Positions 29,190 to 40,100 of a stretch of 64,000 nt of DNA are shown one piece after another. Every line of letters starts with the position of its first letter. Position 1 is the stretch's first letter. The stretch is from Candidatus Krumholzibacteriales bacterium. Lineage in GTDB: Bacteria > Krumholzibacteriota > Krumholzibacteriia > Krumholzibacteriales > WJIX01. The translations under genes and the position numbers were made by a program. The notes under the pieces were generated by a model that saw nothing but the letters and a program-made list of their open reading frames with translations, did not search any database and had not been told where the DNA came from. The DNA lies in the NCBI GenBank assembly GCA_046483305.1, contig JAWODM010000046.1:64001-128000 (forward strand), written 5' to 3'.

Positions 29190-30095
29190 TCAACTATCGT
29201 AATTGAGAACCCGCCTGATGGCCGTGATCCGGCCCGGGCCTATCTCCCCAATACCCCCGAGCACTCCGTCGGGACGAAGAAACCGGACCAGCTCGCCGGT
29301 GGAAAATTCCGAACCGGACGGGACTCCGGGCGCCTTTCCGTCCAGAAGGCCGGAAGACTGGGAGGTGGTCATCCTGATCGCACTCAGGTGGCGCAGAGCC
29401 TCCGCCGGCTCCACACCCGGATCCACTCCCTTCTTCAGATCCTGGAAACTTCCTGAGGATATGGCCCGCTCGATGTCAAAATGACCTATTGATACTCTGG
29501 TAAGGCCGGTCATGTGAGAGGGCGCTCCCAGCTTTTCTCCAATCTCCTCGGAGAGAGTCCGGAGGTACAGCCCCCTGGAGCACTTTACCCTGATCCTGCA
29601 CATGGGGAGGTCCGCTGAAATCAGTTCTATACTCTCGGTATTGACCTCCCGGGGTTCTCTTTCTACCTCCCTGCCCTTCCTGGCCAATTTATAAAGCGGC
29701 TTTCCGCCATGTTTCAGGGCTGAATACATCGGCGGCATCTGCATTCTTCTGCCCGTAAATTCAGGAAGAACCGACAAAATATCTTCTTCGGATATTCCCT
29801 CCCACTCGCCCCTCTCAATAACCTCTCCGCTGGCGTCCTGCGTATCGGTCGCTTCCCCGAGCCTGATATCCGATATGTACACCTTTGGAAGATCCATCAG
29901 ATAGCCTGACAATTTGGTGGCGGCTCCTGTCAGTATCAGCACCAGGCCGGTCGCTATCGGATCCAGGGAGCCGGCATGGCCGATTTTCCTCAGCCCGACT
30001 ACCTTCTTGAATTTTCTTATCGAGTCGAAGGTGGTTATCCCCTTTTCCTTATTTACCGGAATTACCCTGTTGTTAAATTTCTCCCGCAGATCCAT
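29190..30095 (-). CDS. truB: tRNA pseudouridine(55) synthase
   Basis: GHAGSLDPIATG, TDTQD, PPMYSALK, CSRGLYLRTL. Confidence 0.95.
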   Translation of the reverse strand: MDLREKFNNRVIPVNKEKGITTFDSIRKFKKVVGLRKIGHAGSLDPIATGLVLILTGAATKLSGYLMDLPKVYISDIRLGEATDTQDASGEVIERGEWEGISEEDILSVLPEFTGRRMQMPPMYSALKHGGKPLYKLARKGREVEREPREVNTESIELISADLPMCRIRVKCSRGLYLRTLSEEIGEKLGAPSHMTGLTRVSIGHFDIERAISSGSFQDLKKGVDPGVEPAEALRHLSAIRMTTSQSSGLLDGKAPGVPSGSEFSTGELVRFLRPDGVLGGIGEIGPGRITAIRRVLNYDS

Positions 30096-30135
30096 CCGCT
30101 GTAATTCTCCCTCTCAGTCTGACCGTGATTCTGCC

Positions 30136-31128
30136 TCAACCGGCTTCATCAAGCATCGCCTGCAGGCTGTCTGTTATTAACCGGTGAGCGTTCTGAAGGT
30201 CATCATCTATCATCAAGCCCGCCGCGTTGGTGTGCCCCCCTCCGCCATATTCTTCGGCCAGTGAGGAAACATCGTGGCGGTTCAGAGAACGCAGGCTTAC
30301 TCTAACCTTTCCCGGTTCCATCTCCCTGAGGAAGGCGACCAGTTCCACCCCCTCTATAGCGGTGCCGAAATCTATGAACCCCTCTGTATCCTCAATCCGC
30401 CCGCCGCATTCGTCCAGCATCGAGGAGGTAAGCTCCATCACCGCAATCCGGCCGTCCCCGTAGAATTTCAGCCGGTTAAGGACCAGCCCCAGAAGCTTCA
30501 CCGCGCTGGGGCTTCTCATATGGTAGAATTCTCTTGCTATCTCGGAACCTCTGGCGCCCCTGGCCAGCAGCCGGGAAGCTACCTCCAGGGATTCGGAATC
30601 AGTATTGGAGAATCTGAAACAGCCGGTATCCATAATTATCCCCAGGTACAGACAATCCGCAATCTCCTTTGTTATCGCATCATCGCCGTAAGCTGATAGC
30701 AGATGGTAAACCAGAACCGCGGTGGAGGAGGCGCCGTCACGGACCAGATTCACCGTGCCGAACCTGGTGTTGGTGGGGTGATGGTCAATATTTATTATAT
30801 CTCCGGCTTCGCCGGGCTTGAAAATATTTCCCGCCCGTTCCAGGGTGGGAACATCCACGCTGAAGATCGCGTCATATCCGGCCGGCTCTACCAGGTCCCC
30901 GGTGAGAATTCTTTCCATCCCCGGTATCTTTGAATATTTCTCCGGAATATCTCCCGGAATAAAGAAATCCACTTCCTTGCCCAGATTTCTGAGAAAGGCT
31001 GCCAGGGCAAGCATCGAACCCACGCAGTCTCCGTCAGGGTCGACATGGGCCACCACCAGAAAGTTGTTTCCGGTTCTTATCAGAGATTTAACTCTGTCGT
31101 GGAGCTCTCCGAAACCCGGTTCAACCAT
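30136..31128 (-). CDS. nrnA: DHH-family bifunctional oligoribonuclease/PAP phosphatase
   Basis: HVDPDGD, IDHH, DTGCF, VSLRS, GGGGH; lies between rbfA and truB. Confidence 0.9.
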   Translation of the reverse strand: MVEPGFGELHDRVKSLIRTGNNFLVVAHVDPDGDCVGSMLALAAFLRNLGKEVDFFIPGDIPEKYSKIPGMERILTGDLVEPAGYDAIFSVDVPTLERAGNIFKPGEAGDIINIDHHPTNTRFGTVNLVRDGASSTAVLVYHLLSAYGDDAITKEIADCLYLGIIMDTGCFRFSNTDSESLEVASRLLARGARGSEIAREFYHMRSPSAVKLLGLVLNRLKFYGDGRIAVMELTSSMLDECGGRIEDTEGFIDFGTAIEGVELVAFLREMEPGKVRVSLRSLNRHDVSSLAEEYGGGGHTNAAGLMIDDDLQNAHRLITDSLQAMLDEAG

Positions 31129-31495
31129 CTCCCTCTTCCCCCTCCTCTCCGGATTCCTTGTGTATTTCGTCGATGATATTCTCGATCTTCATCGCTCTAT
31201 CCAGGGAAACATCGTAAACAAAGATAAGTTCAGGAATTTTTCTGAGGCGGAAATGATTCTTTACCTCATTCCAAATAAAGCTCTTGCAGCTGTCAAGCCC
31301 CCTCTTCACCTCTTCCAGTTCATTGTCATCGCCGATCATGTTGTAGTAAACCTTTGCCACGGAAAAGTCATCGGCTGCCTTGACCTTCTGGACGGTGACG
31401 TTGGCAATGCGGGGGTCCTTCAATTTTCTCAGAAAGAGCTCCGCAATAAACCTGGCCAGCTGCTCCTCCATTCTCGCTTTATATTTATCCTTCAT
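31121..31495 (-). CDS. rbfA: Ribosome-binding factor A
   Basis: KDPRI, AKVYY, LRKIPELIFVYD; position downstream of infB. Confidence 0.93.
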   Translation of the reverse strand: MKDKYKARMEEQLARFIAELFLRKLKDPRIANVTVQKVKAADDFSVAKVYYNMIGDDNELEEVKRGLDSCKSFIWNEVKNHFRLRKIPELIFVYDVSLDRAMKIENIIDEIHKESGEEGEEGDG

Positions 31496-31507
31496 ATCCG
31501 GGACACC

Positions 31508-31789
31508 TCACAAATACTCTCTCTCAATATCAGTGCATATCAAACCGGGGTTGGCCTCCAGGAAAGTTATTACCGACTGAACCAGGCTGTCCAACCCTCT
31601 TCTGCTGTTTGCCACCGTAACGATACAGAATTCGCTTCGCTGCCATTTATCCTGGAACCCGGTCTCACAGAAAGCTACGTTGAATCTGTTCCTGAGCTTA
31701 TCTCTCACGCTTCTCAGAATGAATCTTTTCTCTTTAAGAGAAGAACAGCCCGGAAGGTAAAATTCGATTATCAGACGCGCTATTATCAC
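31508..31789 (-). CDS. DUF503 (YlxP-like) protein
   Basis: SLKEKR, RFNVA, QDKWQR; lies between infB and rbfA. Confidence 0.9.
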   Translation of the reverse strand: MIIARLIIEFYLPGCSSLKEKRFILRSVRDKLRNRFNVAFCETGFQDKWQRSEFCIVTVANSRRGLDSLVQSVITFLEANPGLICTDIEREYL

Positions 31790-31796
31790 AGGCCCT

Positions 31797-33929
31797 CTAT
31801 ATCGATCTGCTTTTTTCCTCTTTCACAAAGACCTGAAGAGTATCCCCCTCTTCTATATATTCGTAATCCTCTATCCCTATACCGCACTCGTATCCGCTCT
31901 GCACCACTCCCACATCCTCCTTGAACCTCTTCAGGGAATCAATCTTACCTTCGAAAACAATTTCATCGCCTCTGAGAACTCTGGCAAACGCATTCCTTCT
32001 GATCTCTCCCGACTTCACGAAAGAACCGGCGACCAGCCCCACGCCCGAAACATGAAATACCTGCCTTACTTCAGCTTCCCCGATATTCTTTTCCACTATT
32101 TCAGGCTCGAGCAATCCGGACATCGCCGCCTTCATGTCGTCTATGGCCTTGTATATCACATCGTATAACCTTATATCTACATTCTCCGATTTTGCCAGTT
32201 TGGAGGCATTGGGAGCCACGGATTCATGGAATCCAATGACAATGGCGTTGGAAGCTGAGGCCAGCAGGATATCACTTTCATTGATCATACCCACTCCGGT
32301 ATGAATTGCCTCGATCTTTACCTCCTCGGTATCCAGAGACTCCAGGCTGTCAACCAGCGCCTCCACCGAACCGTCGGTGTCAGCCTTAATCACCAGCAGA
32401 AGCTCTTTCACCTTGCCCGACTGGATCTGGTCGTAGAGGTCTTCAAGAGTAATGTTGGTCTCGGACCTTCTCTCCCTCTCTCTCTCCACCTGCTGCCTCT
32501 TTTTGGCAATCTGTTTCGCCGACTTTTCCTCTTCAACCTGGAAGAACATGTCCCCGGCCTGAGGAACACCCTTGGTTCCCATGACCACCGCCGGCGTGGA
32601 CGGAGGGGCCTCGTCGATCTTGTTCTCCCGCTCATCCATCATAGCCTTGACCCTTCCTGAATAGTTGCCGACAATATAGTAATCGCCAACCCTGAGGGTC
32701 CCCTGCTGTATCAGAACCGTACAGATTATACCCCGCCCCTTTTCCTTCTCCGCCTCTATGACAGCGCCCTGGACCATGGCCTCCGGATCGGCCTTCAGGT
32801 CCTTCATCTCTGCCTGCAGCAATATCATCTCCAGAATCCTGTCGATCCCCTCTCCCGAGGTAGCGGAGATCTCCGCCGCCATTACATTCCCTCCGTACTC
32901 TTCCAGAACCACATCATGCTCCAGCAGTTCTCTCTTTACTTTATTAATGTCGGCATTGGGAAGGTCTATTTTATTAATGGCCACCACTATCGGCACATCG
33001 GCCACCCTGGCGTGGTTAATCGCCTCCACTGTCTGAGACATGACTCCGTCATCGGCGGCGACTATCAGTACCACTATATCTGTGATCTCGGCGCCTCTGG
33101 CCCTCATGGCGGTGAAAGCTTCGTGGCCGGGCGTATCCACAAAGGATATCTTCCTGCCGTCTACGTCTACAACGTAAGCTCCTATATGCTGGGTTATTCC
33201 GCCCTTCTCCCCCGCCACCATATTACTTTCTCTGATAGTATCCAGCAGCGATGTCTTGCCGTGATCGACGTGCCCCATGATGGTTACCACCGGAGGCCGG
33301 GTTACCATTCTGTCCGGATCTATCTGCTTCTGTTCCCTCTTTACCAGGCCTTCCTCCGCCACATCGATAAACTCAATTTCAAATCCATATTCATCCGCGA
33401 TCAGCGACATTGCGTCAGAATCTATCCGCTGGTTGATGGTGACCATCATCCCCAGATCCATGCACTTCCGTATAATTTCCGTAGGATCCACTTCCAGCTT
33501 CTCGGCCATCTCTGAAATGGTTGCGTACTCGGGAAGCTTTATTACATTTTCCTCCTCGACCGTTTCCTGCTTTTTCTTCTTCTTGCGGCCGCTTCTCTTG
33601 GACTTCTTGGCAATATCAAGCTTTGCCAGAGTCCGTCTTACGCTCTCCCTGACCGCTTTCTGGTCGGATTCCTTCTTCTCCTTCTTCTTTCCCGGTTTCT
33701 TTTTCCTGGCGGCCGGTTTCTTTCCGGTTTTTGCCTTTTTCCTTTCAGGCGGTTTTTTCTTCTTGCTCTTCGTACTCTGGAGGTGATGCTTGATCAGGGA
33801 TTCCACCTGCTCATCCACGGTACTCATATGGCTCTTGACCATAATCCCTTCCTTGACCAGGATTCTGATCACATCCTTGCTGGTGACACCGTACTTCTTA
33901 GCCAGTTCATATACTCGAATTTTAGACAA
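31797..33929 (-). CDS. infB: Translation initiation factor IF-2
   Basis: [57 protein letters not shown] start. Confidence 0.98.
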   Translation of the reverse strand: MSKIRVYELAKKYGVTSKDVIRILVKEGIMVKSHMSTVDEQVESLIKHHLQSTKSKKKKPPERKKAKTGKKPAARKKKPGKKKEKKESDQKAVRESVRRTLAKLDIAKKSKRSGRKKKKKQETVEEENVIKLPEYATISEMAEKLEVDPTEIIRKCMDLGMMVTINQRIDSDAMSLIADEYGFEIEFIDVAEEGLVKREQKQIDPDRMVTRPPVVTIMGHVDHGKTSLLDTIRESNMVAGEKGGITQHIGAYVVDVDGRKISFVDTPGHEAFTAMRARGAEITDIVVLIVAADDGVMSQTVEAINHARVADVPIVVAINKIDLPNADINKVKRELLEHDVVLEEYGGNVMAAEISATSGEGIDRILEMILLQAEMKDLKADPEAMVQGAVIEAEKEKGRGIICTVLIQQGTLRVGDYYIVGNYSGRVKAMMDERENKIDEAPPSTPAVVMGTKGVPQAGDMFFQVEEEKSAKQIAKKRQQVERERERRSETNITLEDLYDQIQSGKVKELLLVIKADTDGSVEALVDSLESLDTEEVKIEAIHTGVGMINESDILLASASNAIVIGFHESVAPNASKLAKSENVDIRLYDVIYKAIDDMKAAMSGLLEPEIVEKNIGEAEVRQVFHVSGVGLVAGSFVKSGEIRRNAFARVLRGDEIVFEGKIDSLKRFKEDVGVVQSGYECGIGIEDYEYIEEGDTLQVFVKEEKSRSI

Positions 33930-33957
33930 ATATACTCAACTCCCTCATAGATATTAC

Positions 33958-35493
33958 TCAAACATTATCTTCTTCCGTATCTTCAGCCTCTTCGGCATCC
34001 CCGTCCTGATCCTCGATTCCGGTATCTTCCCCGGTTTCTTCCTCAGCTTCCTTATCTCCTTCACCATCAGGCTCTTCCTCTGATTCGGCCTGTTCTCCGG
34101 CCATTTCACCGAAGAGACTCTCTTCAGTTATTTTCTCTTCCTCCCCTTCCTTCTCCCTCTTCTTCTCCAGCAGATCCTCATCGAAGAGTTTCTTTTCCTG
34201 CTCTTCCTTTTCGATTTCCTTCTTGAGCAGCTCTTCCATAGCCTTGTCAAGCTCCTCCATGGTCTCTTCAGCTCTGTCTTTCAGCTTTTCGGCGGTCTTT
34301 TCTCCTATTCCATCTATCTGGAGCAGCTCCTCGGTGGAGGTCTTATACAGTTTCTGTACTGTCAATATGCCAGCGTTTCTCAATTTCTTGCTGAGGTTCT
34401 CGGTCACTCCGTACATTTCATCGATATCCATAAGAAGTTTCTGTTCCAGCTTACTTCTTCTTTCCGTCTCCCTGACCGTTGCCAGGTCAATCTTCCAGCC
34501 GGTCAGTTTGGACGCCAGTCTTACGTTCTGCCCATCCTTGCCTATCGCAAGCGAAAGCTGATCATCCTCAACTATAACCAGAACCCGGTTTTCATTTTCG
34601 TCGAATCTCAGGCCGGACACCTTCGCCGGAGCCAGCGCCCTGGTCACGAAATCGGATGAAACCTGGCTCCAGTTGACGATATCTATCTTTTCGCCGTGCA
34701 GCTCGTTTACCACTGCCTGTACCCGCGATCCCTTCATCCCCACACAGGAACCTACCGCGTCAACTTTGTCATTCCTGGAAAAAACCGCTATCTTCGATCT
34801 CGCTCCCGGTTCCCTGGCCACACTTCTGATCTCCACATCACCGTCAAAAATCTCAGGCACTTCCTGCTCAAACAGTTTTATAAGGAGCTCGTCGCAGGTA
34901 CGGGAAACCGTTATCAGCGCCCCCTTGGCGTCCTTATCCACATTGATAATGCACGCCCTTATGGTATCTCCCTGGTTGTATCGTTCCTTGCGAATCTGCT
35001 CCCGGTAAGGCAGGAAAGCTTCCGCCCGCCCCAGGTTGATCAGGATATTTCCCCTGTCAACCTGCCTTACCGTACCTGAAACAATATTTCCGATCCGGTC
35101 CTTGTACGTTTCGTATATTCTATCCCTTTCGGATTCCTTGACCCTCTGGGTAAGTATCTGCTTTGCTGTCTGAACGGCGTTTCTTCCGAAATCCCTGACA
35201 TCGAGTTCTTCGTGTATCTCTTTGCCCATCTCTGCATTTTCGTCTATTTCCAGTGCTTTCTCCAGGGATATCTCGGTTGAGGGGTCCTCCACGTTTTCAA
35301 CTACCTGGTAGGTCCTGAACACATCCAGGTTACCCTTCGCCTCGTCAATATGAACCGATATTGCCGCATCGGGGCCGTACTTCCTGGCAGCCGCCGAGCT
35401 GAGACTGGCTTTGAGTGTTTCGATAAGGGTGTTCTTGTCTATCTTCTTTACCCTTACGATCTGCATGAAAGCGTCTAGAAATTCTGATTGCAT
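33958..35493 (-). CDS. nusA: Transcription termination/antitermination factor NusA with an acidic C-terminal extension
   Basis: FGRNAVQTAKQ, S1 and KH domains (AREPGARSKIAV, AIGKDGQNVRLA), HhH repeat IDGIGEKTA. Confidence 0.97.
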   Translation of the reverse strand: MQSEFLDAFMQIVRVKKIDKNTLIETLKASLSSAAARKYGPDAAISVHIDEAKGNLDVFRTYQVVENVEDPSTEISLEKALEIDENAEMGKEIHEELDVRDFGRNAVQTAKQILTQRVKESERDRIYETYKDRIGNIVSGTVRQVDRGNILINLGRAEAFLPYREQIRKERYNQGDTIRACIINVDKDAKGALITVSRTCDELLIKLFEQEVPEIFDGDVEIRSVAREPGARSKIAVFSRNDKVDAVGSCVGMKGSRVQAVVNELHGEKIDIVNWSQVSSDFVTRALAPAKVSGLRFDENENRVLVIVEDDQLSLAIGKDGQNVRLASKLTGWKIDLATVRETERRSKLEQKLLMDIDEMYGVTENLSKKLRNAGILTVQKLYKTSTEELLQIDGIGEKTAEKLKDRAEETMEELDKAMEELLKKEIEKEEQEKKLFDEDLLEKKREKEGEEEKITEESLFGEMAGEQAESEEEPDGEGDKEAEEETGEDTGIEDQDGDAEEAEDTEEDNV

Positions 35494-35517
35494 TATCTCT
35501 ATCTCCTTTTGAATTCT

Positions 35518-35547
35518 ATTTTATTCCAGCTGGTATCTTTCTGTCAA
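35518..35547 (-). promoter_or_regulatory. Internal sigma70 promoter upstream of nusA
   Basis: TTGACA (35542-35547)-N18-TAAAAT (35518-35523) in the rimP-nusA gap. Confidence 0.55.
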
Positions 35548-35596
35548 AAGTTTTCAGCCTTTGAATAAGTTAAAACCGGCCGGCGAATCTGTCCGG

Positions 35597-36058
35597 TCAA
35601 ACAGTCTTGCGGCCGATCAGGTTGGCTTCCAGCACCCGGTCAAACCTTATAATGACGTCCCTGTTATTGAGGCTCAATGTCAGTTTCTCATCATCGGTTT
35701 CAAGTATATCGCCGGAAAGTGACTTTTTACTTCCACCTTCGTCCAGGAATATCACCTTGGCCCTTTCACCGGTGAATCTTCTGAAATGATCGGGTTTTAC
35801 CAGCGGCCTGTTTATACCCGGCGATGAAACCTCCAGTTTGTATCCGGCCCCCAGCCTTTCCACATCATCAAGCACGAATCCCAGCGCCCTGGAAACTTCC
35901 ACACAATCGTCAAGCGTAACCCCCCGGTCAAAACGGTCTATGTAAATTCTGATAAGTTTTCTGCGGCTCTCCAGCCGCAGAAGAACCTTAACCGCCTCAT
36001 ATCCGAGAGACTCAACCTCTTCTTCGATCAGCCTGTTTACCTTATCCTCTAAAGACAT
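35597..36058 (-). CDS. rimP: Ribosome maturation factor RimP
   Basis: IRIYID, TLDDCVEVSR, YKLEVSSPGINRPL; start at MSLEDK. Confidence 0.95.
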   Translation of the reverse strand: MSLEDKVNRLIEEEVESLGYEAVKVLLRLESRRKLIRIYIDRFDRGVTLDDCVEVSRALGFVLDDVERLGAGYKLEVSSPGINRPLVKPDHFRRFTGERAKVIFLDEGGSKKSLSGDILETDDEKLTLSLNNRDVIIRFDRVLEANLIGRKTV

Positions 36059-36076
36059 AACCAGAACTCTTTTCAT

Positions 36077-36109
36077 AAAAAATAAGATAGGGCGCACCCA
36101 CCCTATCCT
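36077..36109 (-). terminator. rimP leader terminator/attenuator hairpin
   Basis: AGGATAGGGTG-GGTG-CGCCCTATCTT followed by ATTTTTT, ~20 nt ahead of the rimP start; fits the widespread GGG..CCC rimP-leader terminator. Confidence 0.75.
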
Positions 36110-36190
36110 CACTTTAATAGCTACCTGAATATACATAAAAAATCAAGTGAAATCATTCAATTTGTCAAATAAAAATAATCCGGGCGGCCC

Positions 36191-37135
36191 TTAACGGGAA
36201 CCCTCACCCCTGGTCCAGATATACTCAATCAGGACTTTGCCCACCCCTTCCAGGCTGGCGGCGGAACATTTGTCCGGGGTATCCTCGAGTGTATGCCATT
36301 GGGGATAATCAAAATCTATCAGGTCGACAGCGGGTATGCCCCTCTTGATAAAGGGGACGTGATCGTCGAGAATATGAGAGCCCTCCTCATCACTGAAAGA
36401 GGATACCCCCAGGCTGTCAGCAATCCCGAAAAGCTCATCCATCAGCGGCCCCGAATACAGATCAGAGAACCTTTCTCTTTTGATTTCAACGTCCTTCTTC
36501 CCAACCATATCGACTATTATAACCGATTCCGGATTATAGCCGCTCATATGTGAGGCGAAGTATGAGGAACCCAGGATATAGTCTTCCTGAACACCCTCGG
36601 CGCCGTAATCCTCCCCGTCAAAGAAAACAATATCCACCCCTACCGGCGGCTCGGACTCACCGAGAAGGCGGGCTATCTCCAGCAATACCGCAACTCCGCT
36701 GGCTCCGTCGTTGGCTCCCGGTATAGGTTTTTTACGGTTGGACGGGTCGGGGTCGCGGTCGGCGCGGGGCCTGGTATCATAATGCGCGCCCAGGAGAATT
36801 CTCCTATCGCTGCCCAGGTTATAGTTCCCAATTATATTTGCCAGCTTCAGGGTATCGCCGGTGGTAAGCACCGCGTCGAAAGACTGCGCCGAAACGTTCG
36901 CTCCGAAATCTCTGAGCTTATCCACCAGGTACCGGCGAAGTATGAGGTGTTCCCTGCTCCCCGGATAACGGGGGCCGATTTCACACTGCTCCCTCAGGAA
37001 ACGGAATGCGGACCGGCCGTCAAATACCGGTTTCTCCCGCTCTGAGCAGCCCCAGCAGAAAAAGATGGACAGCCCCGCCAGGGAGGCCGCCAATATTCTC
37101 AGAAATAATCTAGAACTTGAATGTCGCGGATGCAC
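36191..37135 (-). CDS. M28-family Zn enzyme lipoprotein, glutaminyl-cyclase-like
   Basis: Lipoprotein-like signal ending FCWGC; AHYDTRPRAD, PGANDGASGVAVLLE, FFDGEDYG, DMVG, DDH, WHTLEDT; GTG start with AGGAG SD inside the sprA 3' end. Confidence 0.85.
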   Translation of the reverse strand: MHPRHSSSRLFLRILAASLAGLSIFFCWGCSEREKPVFDGRSAFRFLREQCEIGPRYPGSREHLILRRYLVDKLRDFGANVSAQSFDAVLTTGDTLKLANIIGNYNLGSDRRILLGAHYDTRPRADRDPDPSNRKKPIPGANDGASGVAVLLEIARLLGESEPPVGVDIVFFDGEDYGAEGVQEDYILGSSYFASHMSGYNPESVIIVDMVGKKDVEIKRERFSDLYSGPLMDELFGIADSLGVSSFSDEEGSHILDDHVPFIKRGIPAVDLIDFDYPQWHTLEDTPDKCSAASLEGVGKVLIEYIWTRGEGSR

Positions 37136-40100
37136 TGACCTGAATCTCCTGGTTAATAAGACCCCTTATTCCTCCCGATCTCCTGGCATACTTCAGCAGC
37201 AGGTTCCCCCGTATATTCTTGCTGAAACCGTAGGTGAACTGCGGTGTTACCGCAATCGAAGAAGACGGGGGCCTGTCATGATAATCATTTCTAGCATACG
37301 ATATACTCAGACTGGAAGTCAAATTACTCTTGAAAGATATCTTCTTATCTCCCAGAAAGGGGATCGGCAGCCCGATACCTTTCTTCCCGCTGATATCATA
37401 TCTCAGGTTAAGGTTGGCCTGATAAAGCTTTTCCCACATCAACTGGCCCCTGAGATCCTTGTCCTCCTGCTTATAGGTCAGAGAAAGGGTCGAAATAAGG
37501 CCGTTTACCCATGTCTGGGTCCAGTCCGGAGAAACTCTGTTCTCTGTCCTGGTGTTGAATTGCCGGATGGACTGTCTTCTTTCGTAATTGAGGTTGAATG
37601 AGCTGGTCTTTATATAATTGCCCAGAAAGCCCACGGTCCCCAGCCCCGCCCAGCTCAGGCTCATATCGGGCCAGATGATATTCTCCGATTCATCCTCCCC
37701 GCCGTTACTCTTTCTTATAGTCCGGGTGTAGCGCCCCCCCAGGTTTATCTTTATATCCTCGGTCAAATCGAGTTTGGTACTCATATTCAATTCCAGAGTC
37801 TGCCCGGCGACCACCGGCACCTTCTGCTTTTTGCCGGACCTTCCAACCGCCCCGCTCTCTTCCTGAAACCCCAATCTGTATCCCAGGCTGGCTCTGTCAT
37901 ACAGATAGTCGTAGGAGCTGTTATTTCTCAGGTCCAACCCGGTCTTGACCGGATGAATCCTGGAAAGCGCCCCGAAAAACTTTTTCACTATCCAGAGACG
38001 GTCAACCCCGCCTGCGTCCACCGAATCAGCTTCTGCCTCCTCAGGCTCCACCATCTCTTCCCTATCTGTTTTTTTCTCCTCCCGCAGATAACGGGATATC
38101 AGCTTGAGGTATTTACCCTGCTTCTTCTCAAGGGGCGGAAGTTCGTCCTCCTCGCCGGTGAGAAGCCTGCGTTCCCGCTCGCTGAGTTTTTCTCTGTTGT
38201 ACTTCCGGTCAATAAATACTTTGAAATTCAGGTTTACGGTACGGGATCTGATTCTCCGCTTCTTTTCTGTTTCCTTCTCCTCCTTCCGCTCCGGGCCGAA
38301 CTTTTCCACAAACCCCAGGATATCCTCGGCATAGTCGCCAACCTTGAAATCCAGGTTGGCGCTGATGGTCCTGCCCATATTGACCCCCCTGGTTCCCATC
38401 GGATCTTCAGCTCTTCTCTTACCTCCGAGGTTTTCGCTGTAACTGACCTGGTACCTGAAATACGGACTGAACTGGGATATCAGGGGAATGCCCGATTTGG
38501 GATCGAACACGAAGGAAGCCGATTCATTGTAATTCTTCAGCATCCCGATTGTAATCCCGTGGAACTGATGCTTCATCCCCATATCCCTTGTTTCCTGCCT
38601 GTCGTACCGCATTTTCATCGATTCGAAAGGATCGTAGGCAAAGTGCATCTTATTGGTCCAGCCGGCGCTGTAGTTCACCGGGGCCTTGATGAAGTCATCG
38701 CCTCTGATGTAATAGCTCTTTTTGACATTTCTGTTGGCATTGGCCGTGAAGGAGAGGTTGGACAGCCAGTAGTGCCACTTGATACCTTTGAACAGTTCTA
38801 TGACGCGGTCCCGGCTGAAGGTCAGGTTATAGTTCAGCGACCCTCCCATTGAGATGATGGTGTCCTTGCTGGTAGGCGAATAAGACCCCTGCCGGGAGTA
38901 ACTGTAGTTGAGGCTGAGGTTATCGAAAAGGTTCTTCATCAGGAAATTAGACGAACCGCTCCTGGTGAGAGAAACTCCGAACTTATAGGAGCGGGATGCC
39001 GCCACCAGGCTGTCCCGGACCGACTCTTCCTGAATCTCCACATCGCTCTGGGTGAGGTATTTCGGTTTGCTTCTGCTGTAGGAAAAATCGAGAGAGACCG
39101 GTATATTGAATCCGGCGGTGGGAATAAAGTGCCCCAGTCGTGTTTTGCCCCCGACCCCGTAATTATTCCGGGTCATTCCGCTCCCCCGATTCTGCTGCAG
39201 GGACCGGAACTCCGCCCCGGTTCTCTGCCAGCTTCCTCTGAGGGACAGCACCCCTCCTCCCAGATTGACGGCGATGTTCGCCTTGGCGGCATAATCCGTA
39301 TCTCTTCGCACCCCGCTGAGAATTATATCGTTGAACATGAACCTGGTGGCAGGTATTATATTGTCCGACCTGTTCCTGAGCCCCGCAAAGAGATACCGGA
39401 CCCTGGAAAGGAGCGGCGTCCCCCGCAATCTTCCCCTGTAAGTGCGGCCGGCGTAGCGGGCGTCCCTGATGGTTCCTTCCACCCGTTCGGACTCGGCGTC
39501 GATCTTCAGATTGGTCAGTTCGCTCAGCTCAATGACCACATGCCTCCACCCCGGGTCCATATCGCCGGTTATGGGGATAGCTATCTCGTAATACTTCAGG
39601 CTGTCGTGCGCTATCTGGAGAAAGAACTCAGCTTCGTCGCTCTGCTCGTCAAAGCGGCTGATGAGCTCCTCGTCGAAGTTATAGTAGAATTCGATCTCCC
39701 TGTACTGCTGGAAATTCTTTCCCTCGCCGACGTAATTCCGGAAGTATTTGAAGCCGGTGCTGTCCGCAAAGTTCTCCACATCGAAGACCAGGGACTGCTC
39801 TTTTCTGGCTATTCCTTCCTCTTCCTCTACGTCGAAAGGCGATTTATATATACTGGGGTTGTCCTTGTTGTTAAGAGTTCCCACCTTTACGCTCATGTCG
39901 TCCGCCTGGATCTCAGCGAATGATCTGATATTACCCTCCAGGTCCCTGATATTGTTATAGATCCACTTGCTCCCCACGAACTTCAGCTCCGCCAGCTCCA
40001 GCAAGTGCTCCGTGCCGGACGACCCCACCCTGGCGTTTATCTGCTCGGCATCCTCTACCCATATTCTCATATGAGAGATAGCGTCCAGGCGTGGAGGATA

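Noticed and set aside
30818..31924. 368-aa plus-strand ORF over nrnA, rbfA and DUF503
   Set aside because: Antisense to well-supported genes and not protein-like
33560..34260. Purine/pyrimidine-skewed low-complexity tracts
   Set aside because: They encode the Lys-rich IF-2 linker and the Glu-rich NusA tail, not DNA repeats
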